From assembly GCA_964454265.1 (NCBI GenBank), contig CAYVXD010000004.1, positions 2,409 to 66,408 on the forward strand: DNA of 64,000 nucleotides. Reading direction: 5' to 3'. The notes under the pieces were generated by a model. That model was given only the letters and a program-made list of their open reading frames with translations. It did not search any database and was not told where the DNA came from. The DNA is from an uncultured Candidatus Sumerlaeota bacterium (GTDB lineage: Bacteria > Sumerlaeota > Sumerlaeia > MWCT01 > JAUWMI01). The stretch's first letter is position 1. Each line of letters starts with the position of its first letter. Positions 8,813 through 18,253 of the stretch are shown here, piece after piece. A program made the translations under genes and the position numbers.

Positions 8813-9026
8813 GTGTCATGCGTGCCATACTGATTTCCGGAGAGGAGTATCAAAAACATTACCGCAGACCCTGTGGAAAACTTTTGAAAAAAGGCCTTAA
8901 AACAGAGCTGATTTTGACTTGATTTCCAACACACCATCTCTGTGGCAATCTTTTATGAGCCTCAGGCTCATTGATCAAAATACGCCATAAGGCGAAACTG
9001 TAATAGAGGGAATTCTGCGCTCCGCA

Positions 9027-10145
9027 ATGAACATTGCTCTCGACATTCGTATGATCAATTATTCAGGGATCGGAACGTACATTCGTGGCCTCCTGGAGGG
9101 CTTTTCAGCGCTTGCGGATGAAGATGTGGGCTTCTATTTGATTGGCAGCGAGCCGCAAGCACCTCGCGTTCCGTCAGGGCTGCGCTATGAGTATGGCTGT
9201 CTCTCCCTGCCGATTTACAGTGTTCGCGAACATCTCTTCTATCCGCGCACCATGCCGAATGTGCTCTGCCTCCACTACCCGCATTATCATTGTCCAGCAT
9301 CTTTTCGGGGTCGGCTGGTGGTGACGATACACGATTTGAACCATTTTCTCTTTCCCGATTACTTACCCTCGCATTTGCACCATATGGCGGCCACCTGGGT
9401 TCTGAAGCGCTCGATACGTCGTGCAAGCAGAATTCTTACGGGCTCTGAGTACATCAAGGGAGAATTGATCGAATATCTTCACGCTGAGGCAGAGAAGATT
9501 GACGTAATCCCTCACGCGGTGAGCGAGGAGCTCAAACCATGCGACGATCAGGAACGTCTTGCTCAATTTCAGCAAAGACATCAACTGCCAGCTCAATACC
9601 TGCTTGCCGTGGGGATCAACAAGCCGCATAAGAATTATGTATTTTTGTTGCGGGTGCTGGCCCACTGCTGGCAGAGCAAGGCGGTCGAGCTCCCGCTTGT
9701 GTTTTGTGGTATTTCGGAGCGAAGCAGGGCGAATCTCGTAGCGACTGTTGAATCGCTGAACATAGGACCGCGTGTGATCTTTCTGCCGTATGTTAGTTAC
9801 CCAGATCTGTTTTTGGTATATGCAGGGGCAACGGCTCTGGTTTTCCCGTCGCTGTACGAAGGATTTGGCTTGCCGCTGCTTGAGGCCATGAAGATGAGTG
9901 TCCCAATTGCTGCATCAAAACGACCGCCCATGCCTGAGGTTGCAGGCGATGCAGCGGTTTGGTTTGACCCAACCGACATGGATGATGCAGGGGCAGCAAT
10001 TCAGCGCGTGGTCGGCGACCAGACGTTGCGCACGTCGCTCATCAAACATGGCCGCGAGCGGGCTCAGACGTTTAGCTGGCCGAAAAGCGCCCGCGCAACT
10101 CTGGATGTCTATAAACGCATTCAAGACATGTGTGGCATGCAATGA
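9027..10145 (+). CDS. glycosyltransferase family 4
   Basis: 372 aa. C-terminal GT-B motif FPSLYEGFGLPLLEAM. Confidence 0.8.
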   Translation: MNIALDIRMINYSGIGTYIRGLLEGFSALADEDVGFYLIGSEPQAPRVPSGLRYEYGCLSLPIYSVREHLFYPRTMPNVLCLHYPHYHCPASFRGRLVVTIHDLNHFLFPDYLPSHLHHMAATWVLKRSIRRASRILTGSEYIKGELIEYLHAEAEKIDVIPHAVSEELKPCDDQERLAQFQQRHQLPAQYLLAVGINKPHKNYVFLLRVLAHCWQSKAVELPLVFCGISERSRANLVATVESLNIGPRVIFLPYVSYPDLFLVYAGATALVFPSLYEGFGLPLLEAMKMSVPIAASKRPPMPEVAGDAAVWFDPTDMDDAGAAIQRVVGDQTLRTSLIKHGRERAQTFSWPKSARATLDVYKRIQDMCGMQ

Positions 10146-11242
10146 GAGTAGCACTTGTTCACGACTGGCTCAATGCAATGCGGGGTGGCGAGAAGGTGCT
10201 GGAGCTCCTGTGCGAGCTCTTTCCAGAGGCCGAAATTTTTACATTATTCTACGAGCCGGACAACGTTTCGGCCTTAATTGCGTCCAAGCTAGTACACGCA
10301 TCACCACTCCAGCGGTTTCCATGGGCGCGCAAAGCATATCGTCATTACTTGCCGCTTTACCCTTGGGCGATTGAGCGCTTCCGGCTGCAGGGATTTGATC
10401 TGGTAATCTCAACAAGCCACTGTGCGGCAAAGGGCATCCGGGTTCCGCCGCCAGCCCGCCATGTGTGTTACTGCCTAACGCCCATGCGCTACATTTGGGA
10501 TTTGTTTGATGTCTATTTTCCGCGCCACGGCCCGCGGCCATTGAGCTCGCTGGCTATGCGGTTAATGGTCAAGCGCCTGAGGCGCTGGGACGTAGCGACT
10601 GCTCAGAGAGTAGATTTTTTTATTGCAATTTCCGAGTACATTGCTAGAAAGATTTCCAGGTATTATGGCCGAAGCGCAGCCGTTATCTATCCGCCGGTTG
10701 ATACGGAGTTTTTCACACCGGGTAGTGTAAAGAAGTCCAGACAGTATCTTATCGTTTCAGCCTTGGTTCCGTACAAACGCACTGAAATTGCTATTGCAGC
10801 TTTTAATAAACTCGGGCTTCCTCTGGTGATTGTTGGGGAAGGCCCTGAGGCGCGACGACTGCACGCAATCGCGAAGGGCAATATCACATTCCTGGGGTGG
10901 GTTACAAACGAGCGGCTGCGGCAGCTTTATCGCGAGAGTCAGGCGCTTATATTCCCGGGCGAGGAAGATTTCGGCTTGGTGCCCGTTGAAGCGCAAGCGT
11001 GTGGCACACCGGTGATTGCTTACAAGAAGGGCGGAGTCATGGAGAGCGTGGTGGATGGAGTGACCGGTTGTTTTTTTGAGCCACAAACTGCGGATGCACT
11101 GCGAGAAGCTGTAGAGCGGTTTGACCCGATCCGGTACGAGACCGCGACTGTCCGGAAGAATGCAGAGCAATTCTCAAAGCAATGCTGCGCCGAGCAGCTG
11201 CGCGAATTTGTTGCATTGAAAATGGCGGAGAAAAATGGCTAG
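10130..11242 (+). CDS. glycosyltransferase family 4
   Basis: 370 aa. GEEDFGLVPVEAQACGTPVIAYKKGG motif. The start may instead be the internal ATG at 10142 (MRVALVHDW). Confidence 0.8.
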   Translation: MWHAMRVALVHDWLNAMRGGEKVLELLCELFPEAEIFTLFYEPDNVSALIASKLVHASPLQRFPWARKAYRHYLPLYPWAIERFRLQGFDLVISTSHCAAKGIRVPPPARHVCYCLTPMRYIWDLFDVYFPRHGPRPLSSLAMRLMVKRLRRWDVATAQRVDFFIAISEYIARKISRYYGRSAAVIYPPVDTEFFTPGSVKKSRQYLIVSALVPYKRTEIAIAAFNKLGLPLVIVGEGPEARRLHAIAKGNITFLGWVTNERLRQLYRESQALIFPGEEDFGLVPVEAQACGTPVIAYKKGGVMESVVDGVTGCFFEPQTADALREAVERFDPIRYETATVRKNAEQFSKQCCAEQLREFVALKMAEKNG

Positions 11243-12632
11243 ACGAGACCATAACATGAATATCCTGGGGGCAATTGTACTAACCGATCTTGTTGCTACA
11301 GCTATTGCACTGATCGCAGCTTACTTCTTCCGATTCCATGCCAATATTATTCCGGTGACCAAGGGTTACCGCCCAGAAGATTATCTGCGGCTCCTGCCAT
11401 TTGCCGTGATCCTCTGGATGGTATCGTTGTATTTTGTTCACATGTATCGGCCCGAGCCGCGGGTGTTTAACATGAGCGTGTTCGTCAAAATTGTGAAGGG
11501 CTCGCTATTGGCAATCGTTCTGGTGATCGCCGGGAACTTTTTTGTTCGAGAGGCGGAATATGCGCGAGTGCTCTTCCCCATTGCGATGGTATTTAGCATT
11601 GTCAGTCTGACTGCTGGCCGCTTTGGCGTCGAACGATTCCTTATGTATTTACGCCGTAAGAAAGGGATTGGCATTTCGCGGGTTATCATTGTAGGTGCTA
11701 GCCAGGTGGCCCACGGAATTGGCGACAAAGTCTGCCAGTATCCTCAGTACGGATTTTCGTTGCAGGGTTATGTATCTGATAAGCCTGAGGACGTGGGGCA
11801 AACTATCGGCTCGGTAAAGGTAATTGGCACAACCGACGAGTTGAGTGATCTCGTGAAGCGCTACAATGTTGATCAGGTGCTTGTAGCTCAGCCAGGGCTT
11901 GTTCGGAATCGTATTCTGACGATGATTGACGAATGCGAGCGCGAATTCGTTGAACTCAAGGTTGTCCCTGATCTGCTTGAGATGGTGGCTAGCGAAATAA
12001 GCGTTGAGGAAATTCACGGCATCCCCTTTTTCAGCATAAAGGCCACTCCGCTGCAAGGGTGGAATTTGATTCTAAAGCGAGTGTTTGACGTAACTGTTTC
12101 GGCTTTCTTGCTGGTGGTAATGTCTCCTGTTATTCTGTTTATTTCGCTTCTGATCAAACGCGACTCGGCTGGCCCCGCCTTCTTCAAGCAGGAGCGCATT
12201 GGCTTGGACGGGAAACGGTTTTTGCTCGTTAAATTTCGGACGATGATTTATGATGCCGAGCGCGAGACTGGCCCGGTCTGGGCGAAACCCAACGACCCGC
12301 GTATTACACGTATTGGCAAGTGGCTGCGATCCTATGATCTGGATGAATTGCCTCAGCTCATTAACGTCTTGCGCGGTGATATGAGCCTGGTGGGGCCACG
12401 ACCTGAACGGCCCTTTTTCGTCGAGCAGTTCAAGGAACAACTCCCTCGCTATATGACACGCCATAACGTTAAGTCTGGCATCACTGGGTGGGCACAGGTG
12501 AATGGCTATCGACAGAATAGTTCAATCACTGAGCGCCTGAAGTACGATCTCTTTTACGTTAAGAATTGGACGCTGTGGTTCGACATCAAAATAATTCTAA
12601 TGACCCTCTTTAAGAGAAAGATTATAGGGTAG
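11235..12632 (+). CDS. polyprenyl-phosphate hexose-1-phosphate transferase (WbaP/PssA-type initiating sugar transferase)
   Basis: 465 aa. N-terminal TM helices, central Rossmann/CoA-binding-like region, C-terminal bacterial sugar transferase domain (LLVKFRTM...DELPQLINVLRGDMSLVGPRP). An alternative start is 11256. Confidence 0.85.
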   Translation: MARRDHNMNILGAIVLTDLVATAIALIAAYFFRFHANIIPVTKGYRPEDYLRLLPFAVILWMVSLYFVHMYRPEPRVFNMSVFVKIVKGSLLAIVLVIAGNFFVREAEYARVLFPIAMVFSIVSLTAGRFGVERFLMYLRRKKGIGISRVIIVGASQVAHGIGDKVCQYPQYGFSLQGYVSDKPEDVGQTIGSVKVIGTTDELSDLVKRYNVDQVLVAQPGLVRNRILTMIDECEREFVELKVVPDLLEMVASEISVEEIHGIPFFSIKATPLQGWNLILKRVFDVTVSAFLLVVMSPVILFISLLIKRDSAGPAFFKQERIGLDGKRFLLVKFRTMIYDAERETGPVWAKPNDPRITRIGKWLRSYDLDELPQLINVLRGDMSLVGPRPERPFFVEQFKEQLPRYMTRHNVKSGITGWAQVNGYRQNSSITERLKYDLFYVKNWTLWFDIKIILMTLFKRKIIG

Positions 12633-12653
12633 GAAACACGGAATCTTTCCTAC
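12629..12653. repeat. palindrome GTAGGAAA-N9-TTTCCTAC overlapping the WbaP stop codon
   Basis: Perfect 8-bp arms, gtaggaaa and tttcctac, around a 9-nt centre. The arms begin GTAGG / CCTAC like the 28-bp palindrome family elsewhere in the window. Confidence 0.5.
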
Positions 12654-12761
12654 CGTGGACTAGTCTTCACTCATTTATACCTTTGCTTCAAACAAAATGA
12701 TACAGCTTACATCGGCGTGTTTTTCCAGGTCGAGAAAAGCTTGCCATTGGAGGTCTTGCCA

Positions 12762-13478
12762 ATGAAACGGCTACAGTCGAAAGTAGCGCTGGTAACAGGG
12801 GCAAGCAAAGGGATCGATTTTGCAATTGCTCGCAGCTTTGCCGAAGAGGGCTGTGGCGTTATGTTATGTGCCCGAACAGAGCAATCTTTGCGCGATGTCG
12901 CGAAGACCCTGCAGTCGCTGGGTTCACCGATAGATTTTCTTGCGGCGGACGTCTCTGTTCCGGCTGACGTTGATCGTCTGGTCGAATCAACGCTGAAGCA
13001 ATTTGGCCGCATAGACATTCTAGTAAACAACGCGGGTATCGGCATATTTAAAGGGGTTGATCAGATTTCGGACGAGGAATGGAATCAGACGTTGGCTATT
13101 AATCTCACCGGGCCGTTCTATCTCATGCGGGCTTGCTTGCCCCTGATGAAAAAGCAGCGTAGCGGACACATTATCAACATTTCATCACTAGCCGGGCAAA
13201 ATCCCTTCGCTGGAGGGTCTGCCTACTGTGCCTCAAAATTTGGCCTGAACGGCCTGACCGAATGCGTCATGCTTGAGGCTTGATCCCATAATATTAAAGT
13301 CACGCTTGTGTGCCCGGGCTCAGTCAATACCACCTTTGCTGGCGGCCGCAAGGAAAATCTCTCATGGAAAGTTGTACCGGAAGACATTAGCAGGTTATGT
13401 GTAGAGATGGTTTTGCTCTCCGGTCCTACCCTGGTCTCGAAATACGAAGTTCGTCCTGTCAGTCCGCCGAAAAAGTAG
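12762..13478 (+). pseudogene. short-chain dehydrogenase/reductase (SDR) interrupted by an in-frame TGA at 13281-13283
   Basis: The N-terminal part has TGASKGIDFA and the catalytic YCASK. After the TGA the same frame continues SHNIKVTLVCPGSVNTTF, the conserved SDR C-terminal segment, down to TAG at 13476-13478. TGA is a genuine stop elsewhere in the window. Confidence 0.7.
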
Positions 13479-13606
13479 GACGTTTGCTGGTCTTGCGCCT
13501 ACAGTCAAGCGAATCCACTGGCAACAACTTGTGTGGTAGCGTGTAACGAGGAGCGTAGGAAAATGAATCAACCCAGGCGCCAGAGAGGTAAAACCGAAGA
13601 ATATAA

Positions 13607-14143
13607 TCAGAGGGTTTCAACGGTGATGAAATCATTCGTATGTACGCAAATGGAGGCAGCGATTTTAATAGCCTGTGTTGCAATCTCCTGGGCACTCAGC
13701 TTCGTAAACTGGGTAAGGGCTCGAGCAGCAGCCAGGGCATAACCTCCGCCCGAGCCAATCGCCGCGAGATTATCATCCGGCTCGATTACGTCGCCATTAC
13801 CCGAAAGCACAAGAATGCTTTCCTTATTGGCCGCGACCAAGAGCGCCTCCAGACGACGGAGGTACTTATCGGTGCGCCAATCCTTTGCCAGCTCAACCGC
13901 GGCTCGCTCCAGATTCCCGCTATACTGTTCGAGCTTTGCCTCTAGCTTCTCAAAGAGTGCAAGGGCGTCTGCCGCTGCTCCTGCAAATCCTGCGATAATG
14001 GTATCATTGTATAGGCGTCGCACCTTTCGCGCTTTGCTCTTCAATATTTCCGACTGGTGAGACACCATTCCGTCACCAGCCACGGCAACCTGATCGCCAT
14101 GTTTTACCACAATTATGGTTGTTCCCTTTATGCTGGCGGGCAT
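13607..14143 (-). CDS. hslV: ATP-dependent protease subunit HslV
   Basis: 178 aa. [21 protein letters not shown] and [14 protein letters not shown] motifs. No hslU is adjacent. Confidence 0.9.
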   Translation of the reverse strand: MPASIKGTTIIVVKHGDQVAVAGDGMVSHQSEILKSKARKVRRLYNDTIIAGFAGAAADALALFEKLEAKLEQYSGNLERAAVELAKDWRTDKYLRRLEALLVAANKESILVLSGNGDVIEPDDNLAAIGSGGGYALAAARALTQFTKLSAQEIATQAIKIAASICVHTNDFITVETL

Positions 14144-14302
14144 CTTCTCTGCTTTCTCCTACGCAGGCACTCGGACTGAATCGCTATGGCGACCGAGCCC
14201 CTGCTCTAGTTCTCAGTTAACATCAATTTTCTCAAGCATCGTGTTGTCAAATTGAAGAGGAAGATGTAATGGACGTAGCCTTTAGGCTCGCGCGACCCTC
14301 TG

Positions 14303-16636
14303 TCATTCGTCGGCCTGTATAATCTGAACAAAGTCGCACTCGGCGCGATAGCATTTTATAATGCGCCGATTATTTCGCTGCTTCTGAAGTAAAAAGGGAT
14401 TGTGACACTTTGGGCATTCTTGGTTCACAGGCATCTCCCACAGGATAAACTTGCATTGGGGATAGCGGTTACAGGCGTAAAACGTCTTTCCCTTTTTTGA
14501 CTGGCGCTCAATCAGCTCGCCAGAACAGTTGGGCACCGGGCAGGCAATGCCCAGGGTCAAAGGCTTAGAATTACGACACTTCGGGTAGCCCGGACACGCC
14601 AGGAAACGCCCTTTCTTGCCGACTTTGATGACCATCCGACGGCCACACTTCTCGCAAATCGTGTCGGTCTCTTCACTCTGGACAATCCGGATTTCTCCAT
14701 TCTTATCGCTGACGTATTCCTTTGTGTTACGGCACTCGGGGTAGTTTGGACACGCCAGAAATCGTCCCTTCTTTCCCCAGCGAATAATCATATTCGCACC
14801 GCACTTTTCACATTTAATCTCCGTTGCTGTGAATTCCTGCTTGAGATTTCGCATAGAATAACGGGCTTCATCGAGGCGTTGTCTGAAGAGTCGGTAGAAA
14901 TTCTGCAACAACTCGGCCCAGTTGACGTTCCCTTCCTCGACCTTGTCCAGCTGGTCTTCCATGATGGCTGTGAATTTAACATCCATCACCTCAGGAAAGC
15001 TCTTAATTAACATATCCGTGACCAGTGTGCCCAGCTCTGTGGGCTTGAATACACCCGAGTCTTGAAGGACGTATTCCTTGTCTTGAATTACGCTGACAAT
15101 GCTGGAGTAAGTGGAGGGCCGGCCGATCCCCTGGCGCTCTAGTTCCTTGATTAGGGAGCTTTCAGTGAAACGCCGCGGCGGCTGTGTGAAGTTTTGCTTT
15201 GGATCGAGGCCAATGAGGCGCAGCTGTTCGCCCTCCGCCACTGGTGGAAGGCGTCTTTTCTCCTCCTTTTCGGACGACTCCGCTAACGCCTGCTCATCTG
15301 TTCCCTCTTCGTAGAGCCTAAGGAATCCCGGGAATTCGAGAACCTGTCCCGTCGTCGAGAAGATGTACTTATTCTTTACCTCAACGTCAACCTTCGTCTG
15401 ATCATATACCGCAGAGCACATTTGAGATGCCACGAACCGGTTCCAGATCAGATGATAGAGGCGATAAAGATCCTTATTGAGATGCGACTTCACTACCTCA
15501 GGAGGCAAGTCCATAGAAGCTGGCCGAATAGCCTCGTGGGCATCCTGCGCAGATCTTTTGTTTCTGTAGATATTTGGCGCCTTGGGTAAATATTCTGTGG
15601 AGTACGTCTTTTCAATGTATGCCCTGACGTGTTTGAGTGCCTCCTCAGACACCCGCATCGAGTCGGTACGCATGTAGGTAATGAGCCCAACAGCCCCCAG
15701 GTCCCCGAGTTCTACTCCTTCATAGAGCCGCTGGGCCAGGAGCATTGTCTTTTTGGAAGAGAAGCGAAGCTTGCGTGCGGCCTCCTGTTGAAGTGTGCTG
15801 GTGATAAATGGGGGTGTAGGATTACGCTTTACCTTTTTCCGCTCTACCTCAGTAACGACAAATGGCTCACTCTCTATATCGCGAACGATCGCCTGAGCCT
15901 TTGCGTCCGTGGCAATGTTCGCTTTCTTCTTGTCAATCGTAGTAAGACGCAGATTGAATTGTGGAGGTTGTGCCGCTTCAACCAGGGCGTCAATTGACCA
16001 GTATTCTTGCGGAACAAAGGTGGAGATCTTCCGCTCGCGATCGCAAATGAGCCGGACAGCAACTGATTGAACCCTACCCGCGCTCAAACCCCTGCGGACA
16101 TTTTTCCAAAGCAGGGGACTTATTTGGTAGCCAACCAACCGATCGAGCACGCGTCGGGCTTGCTGTGCCTCGAAGAGATCGCGGTTCAGGGATCCAGGGT
16201 TCTCAATTGCTCTAAGGACAGAGGCTTTAGTAATTTCATGAAAAATGGCACGGTAAATATTCTGATCCTTGTTTTTGAGCTCTCCTGCGATATGCCATGC
16301 GATTGCTTCCCCCTCACGATCTGGATCCGGGGCCAGGTAGATCTTGCTCGCTTTGCGGGCCGCTTGGATGATATGAGCGATGATCTTTTCTTTGTTCTTA
16401 ATAATCTCGTACTGAGGCTCAAATCCGTGCTCGATATCAACGCCAAGTCGGCTCGTGGGAAGATCCTTGATATGACCAATCGAGGCCTTAACGATAAAGT
16501 CGCTACCAAGGTACTTCTTGATCGTGCTAGCCTTTGCGGGCGACTCGACAATCACCAGCGATTTTTTTCTGTTTCGCACAGGCGTACGGGTAGTGCTGTT
16601 CTTTGTTTTTGCTCTTTTTTTAGTGTCTTGTTTCAT
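14303..16636 (-). CDS. topA: DNA topoisomerase I
   Basis: 777 aa. TOPRIM N-terminus (LVIVESPAKASTIKKYLG), then the topoisomerase IA core, then multiple C-terminal C4 zinc-ribbon repeats. Confidence 0.95.
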   Translation of the reverse strand: MKQDTKKRAKTKNSTTRTPVRNRKKSLVIVESPAKASTIKKYLGSDFIVKASIGHIKDLPTSRLGVDIEHGFEPQYEIIKNKEKIIAHIIQAARKASKIYLAPDPDREGEAIAWHIAGELKNKDQNIYRAIFHEITKASVLRAIENPGSLNRDLFEAQQARRVLDRLVGYQISPLLWKNVRRGLSAGRVQSVAVRLICDRERKISTFVPQEYWSIDALVEAAQPPQFNLRLTTIDKKKANIATDAKAQAIVRDIESEPFVVTEVERKKVKRNPTPPFITSTLQQEAARKLRFSSKKTMLLAQRLYEGVELGDLGAVGLITYMRTDSMRVSEEALKHVRAYIEKTYSTEYLPKAPNIYRNKRSAQDAHEAIRPASMDLPPEVVKSHLNKDLYRLYHLIWNRFVASQMCSAVYDQTKVDVEVKNKYIFSTTGQVLEFPGFLRLYEEGTDEQALAESSEKEEKRRLPPVAEGEQLRLIGLDPKQNFTQPPRRFTESSLIKELERQGIGRPSTYSSIVSVIQDKEYVLQDSGVFKPTELGTLVTDMLIKSFPEVMDVKFTAIMEDQLDKVEEGNVNWAELLQNFYRLFRQRLDEARYSMRNLKQEFTATEIKCEKCGANMIIRWGKKGRFLACPNYPECRNTKEYVSDKNGEIRIVQSEETDTICEKCGRRMVIKVGKKGRFLACPGYPKCRNSKPLTLGIACPVPNCSGELIERQSKKGKTFYACNRYPQCKFILWEMPVNQECPKCHNPFLLQKQRNNRRIIKCYRAECDFVQIIQADE

Positions 16637-16711
16637 GCCAGAGATTTTTCGTCCCCCTCGAAAGCAAGTATATAGCAGAATTCGTAAAAATCCAAATTTT
16701 TACACGCTATT

Positions 16712-17845
16712 TCATACTTTTGCCGTGAAGACCTTTCCCGGCAACTGACGAACCAGCCCCTGCATTTCCAGCTTTAGCAAAATTGTAGACAGCAAGCCTA
16801 CTCGTTGTCTCTGCGGTACCCTATCGTAGAGAAGCAAGAGACTTTCGAACGAGAGCGGTTCGCCTTGGATGAGCGAGTAGACGTAGCGCTCCTCCACTGA
16901 CAGGCGTGTTTCCGGCTTGGCTTCTATGCGCGCCTCAGGCTCTTCCTCCTTGAGCAGACCCCTCAGAAGAAAATGCAAGTCTTCCAGAATGTCGTCACCC
17001 GACTGAACAAGCTTTGCTCCGGCCTGGATCAGTGCGTTTGTGCCCTGGCTGTTGCGCCGTGTAATATCGCCAGGGACAGCGTAGACCGCGCGATTCTCCT
17101 CCAGCGCACATTGTGCCGTGATCAGAGCACCGCTCTTGCGTGATGCTTCGACAATCAGCGTCCCCAAACTGAGACTGGCAATCACCGCATTACGTTCGGG
17201 AAAGTTGCCTTTGTTCGGCAGGGTCTCCATAGGATAAGTCGAAATAACCGCCCCATGCTCGGTTATAGCGTTCATCAGTCGGCGATTTTCCGCCGGGTAG
17301 CAACGGGCCAAGCCATTACCTAAAACGGCGATGGTTCGCGCCCCGTTTTCCAGCGCTGCCTCATGGGCAATCCCATCAATGCCTTTAGCCATGCCACTGA
17401 CAATGATAAAGCCCACTTCAGCCAGCCGTTTGCAAATGTCCTTGCACACACTTTTCCCGTACTGTGTGTTAATCCGTGAGCCAACTACCGAAATCGCAAA
17501 ACGATCCTGATGATTAAGTGTCCCTTTAACATAAAGCAGCGGTGGCGGCAAAGAACCATTCTTGAGGTTCATGGGGTAGTGATCGTCAGAATAGCAGACG
17601 AGCTGCACACCATGCTCTTCGATCAGCTCGAGCTCGTGCTCGAGATGCACGGAGCCCTCATGCTTAACTATATTGCGGGCAGTAATCTCATCTATACCCG
17701 GAACAGCTACCAGCTCTTCGTACCTGGTTTGGAGCACCTGCTGAGGAGTCCCTAATTGTTCAATCAGCGCGAACAACCGCCTTGGGGTCATACCCGGCAC
17801 GGAGCTTAATGTTAACCATGCAATCTGACTGCTGCTATGGGCCAT
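16712..17845 (-). CDS. dprA: DNA processing protein DprA (Smf)
   Basis: Rossmann-like DprA core (AISVVGSRINTQYGKSVCKDICKRLAEVGFIIVSGMAKGIDGIAHEAAL). The ORF track extends to 17938, but the likely start is the internal ATG (MAHSSS). Classic dprA-topA adjacency. Confidence 0.85.
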   Translation of the reverse strand: MAHSSSQIAWLTLSSVPGMTPRRLFALIEQLGTPQQVLQTRYEELVAVPGIDEITARNIVKHEGSVHLEHELELIEEHGVQLVCYSDDHYPMNLKNGSLPPPLLYVKGTLNHQDRFAISVVGSRINTQYGKSVCKDICKRLAEVGFIIVSGMAKGIDGIAHEAALENGARTIAVLGNGLARCYPAENRRLMNAITEHGAVISTYPMETLPNKGNFPERNAVIASLSLGTLIVEASRKSGALITAQCALEENRAVYAVPGDITRRNSQGTNALIQAGAKLVQSGDDILEDLHFLLRGLLKEEEPEARIEAKPETRLSVEERYVYSLIQGEPLSFESLLLLYDRVPQRQRVGLLSTILLKLEMQGLVRQLPGKVFTAKV

Positions 17846-18253
17846 CGGCGTTGAACAACCTCTCCCCTGGCATCCCAGACCCGAGCTACTCGAGCAGCCG
17901 TTTCCGTCCAGTTGTTGCATAAAGATACTAGGCGCCACGCATTAACTAATGCTCACCGGCCTGGCGTGCTTCTTATCAGGCGCTGCCGAACCATCTTCTT
18001 ATATTCCAAGGCTGACCCTGCATGATGAGGTCAGCAAACAAAAAAGCGTCCTGTCCTCCAAAGGAACCGGATATATCTCGTCAGATACAGGAGAGGAGCT
18101 ATTTGCTATTAGGACGGGAACACGCAAATTCACAAAATACCTTGTAGTATGAAAAAGCGAAGTCAGGGCAGCATGCCTAAAATCTTTTTCCGATCCGAAT
18201 TAGCTCGATCTCAGCTCGCGAGAAAGCTCGCCTTTCTCCCCAGGAGAATTGTC

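Noticed and set aside
13281-13283. In-frame TGA in the SDR as selenocysteine or as evidence of an alternative genetic code (UGA=Trp/Gly)
   Set aside because: TGA terminates several well-conserved neighbouring genes at their expected ends (hicB, the GT2 at 40231, others). No hairpin resembling a bacterial SECIS follows the codon. SDRs are not selenoproteins.
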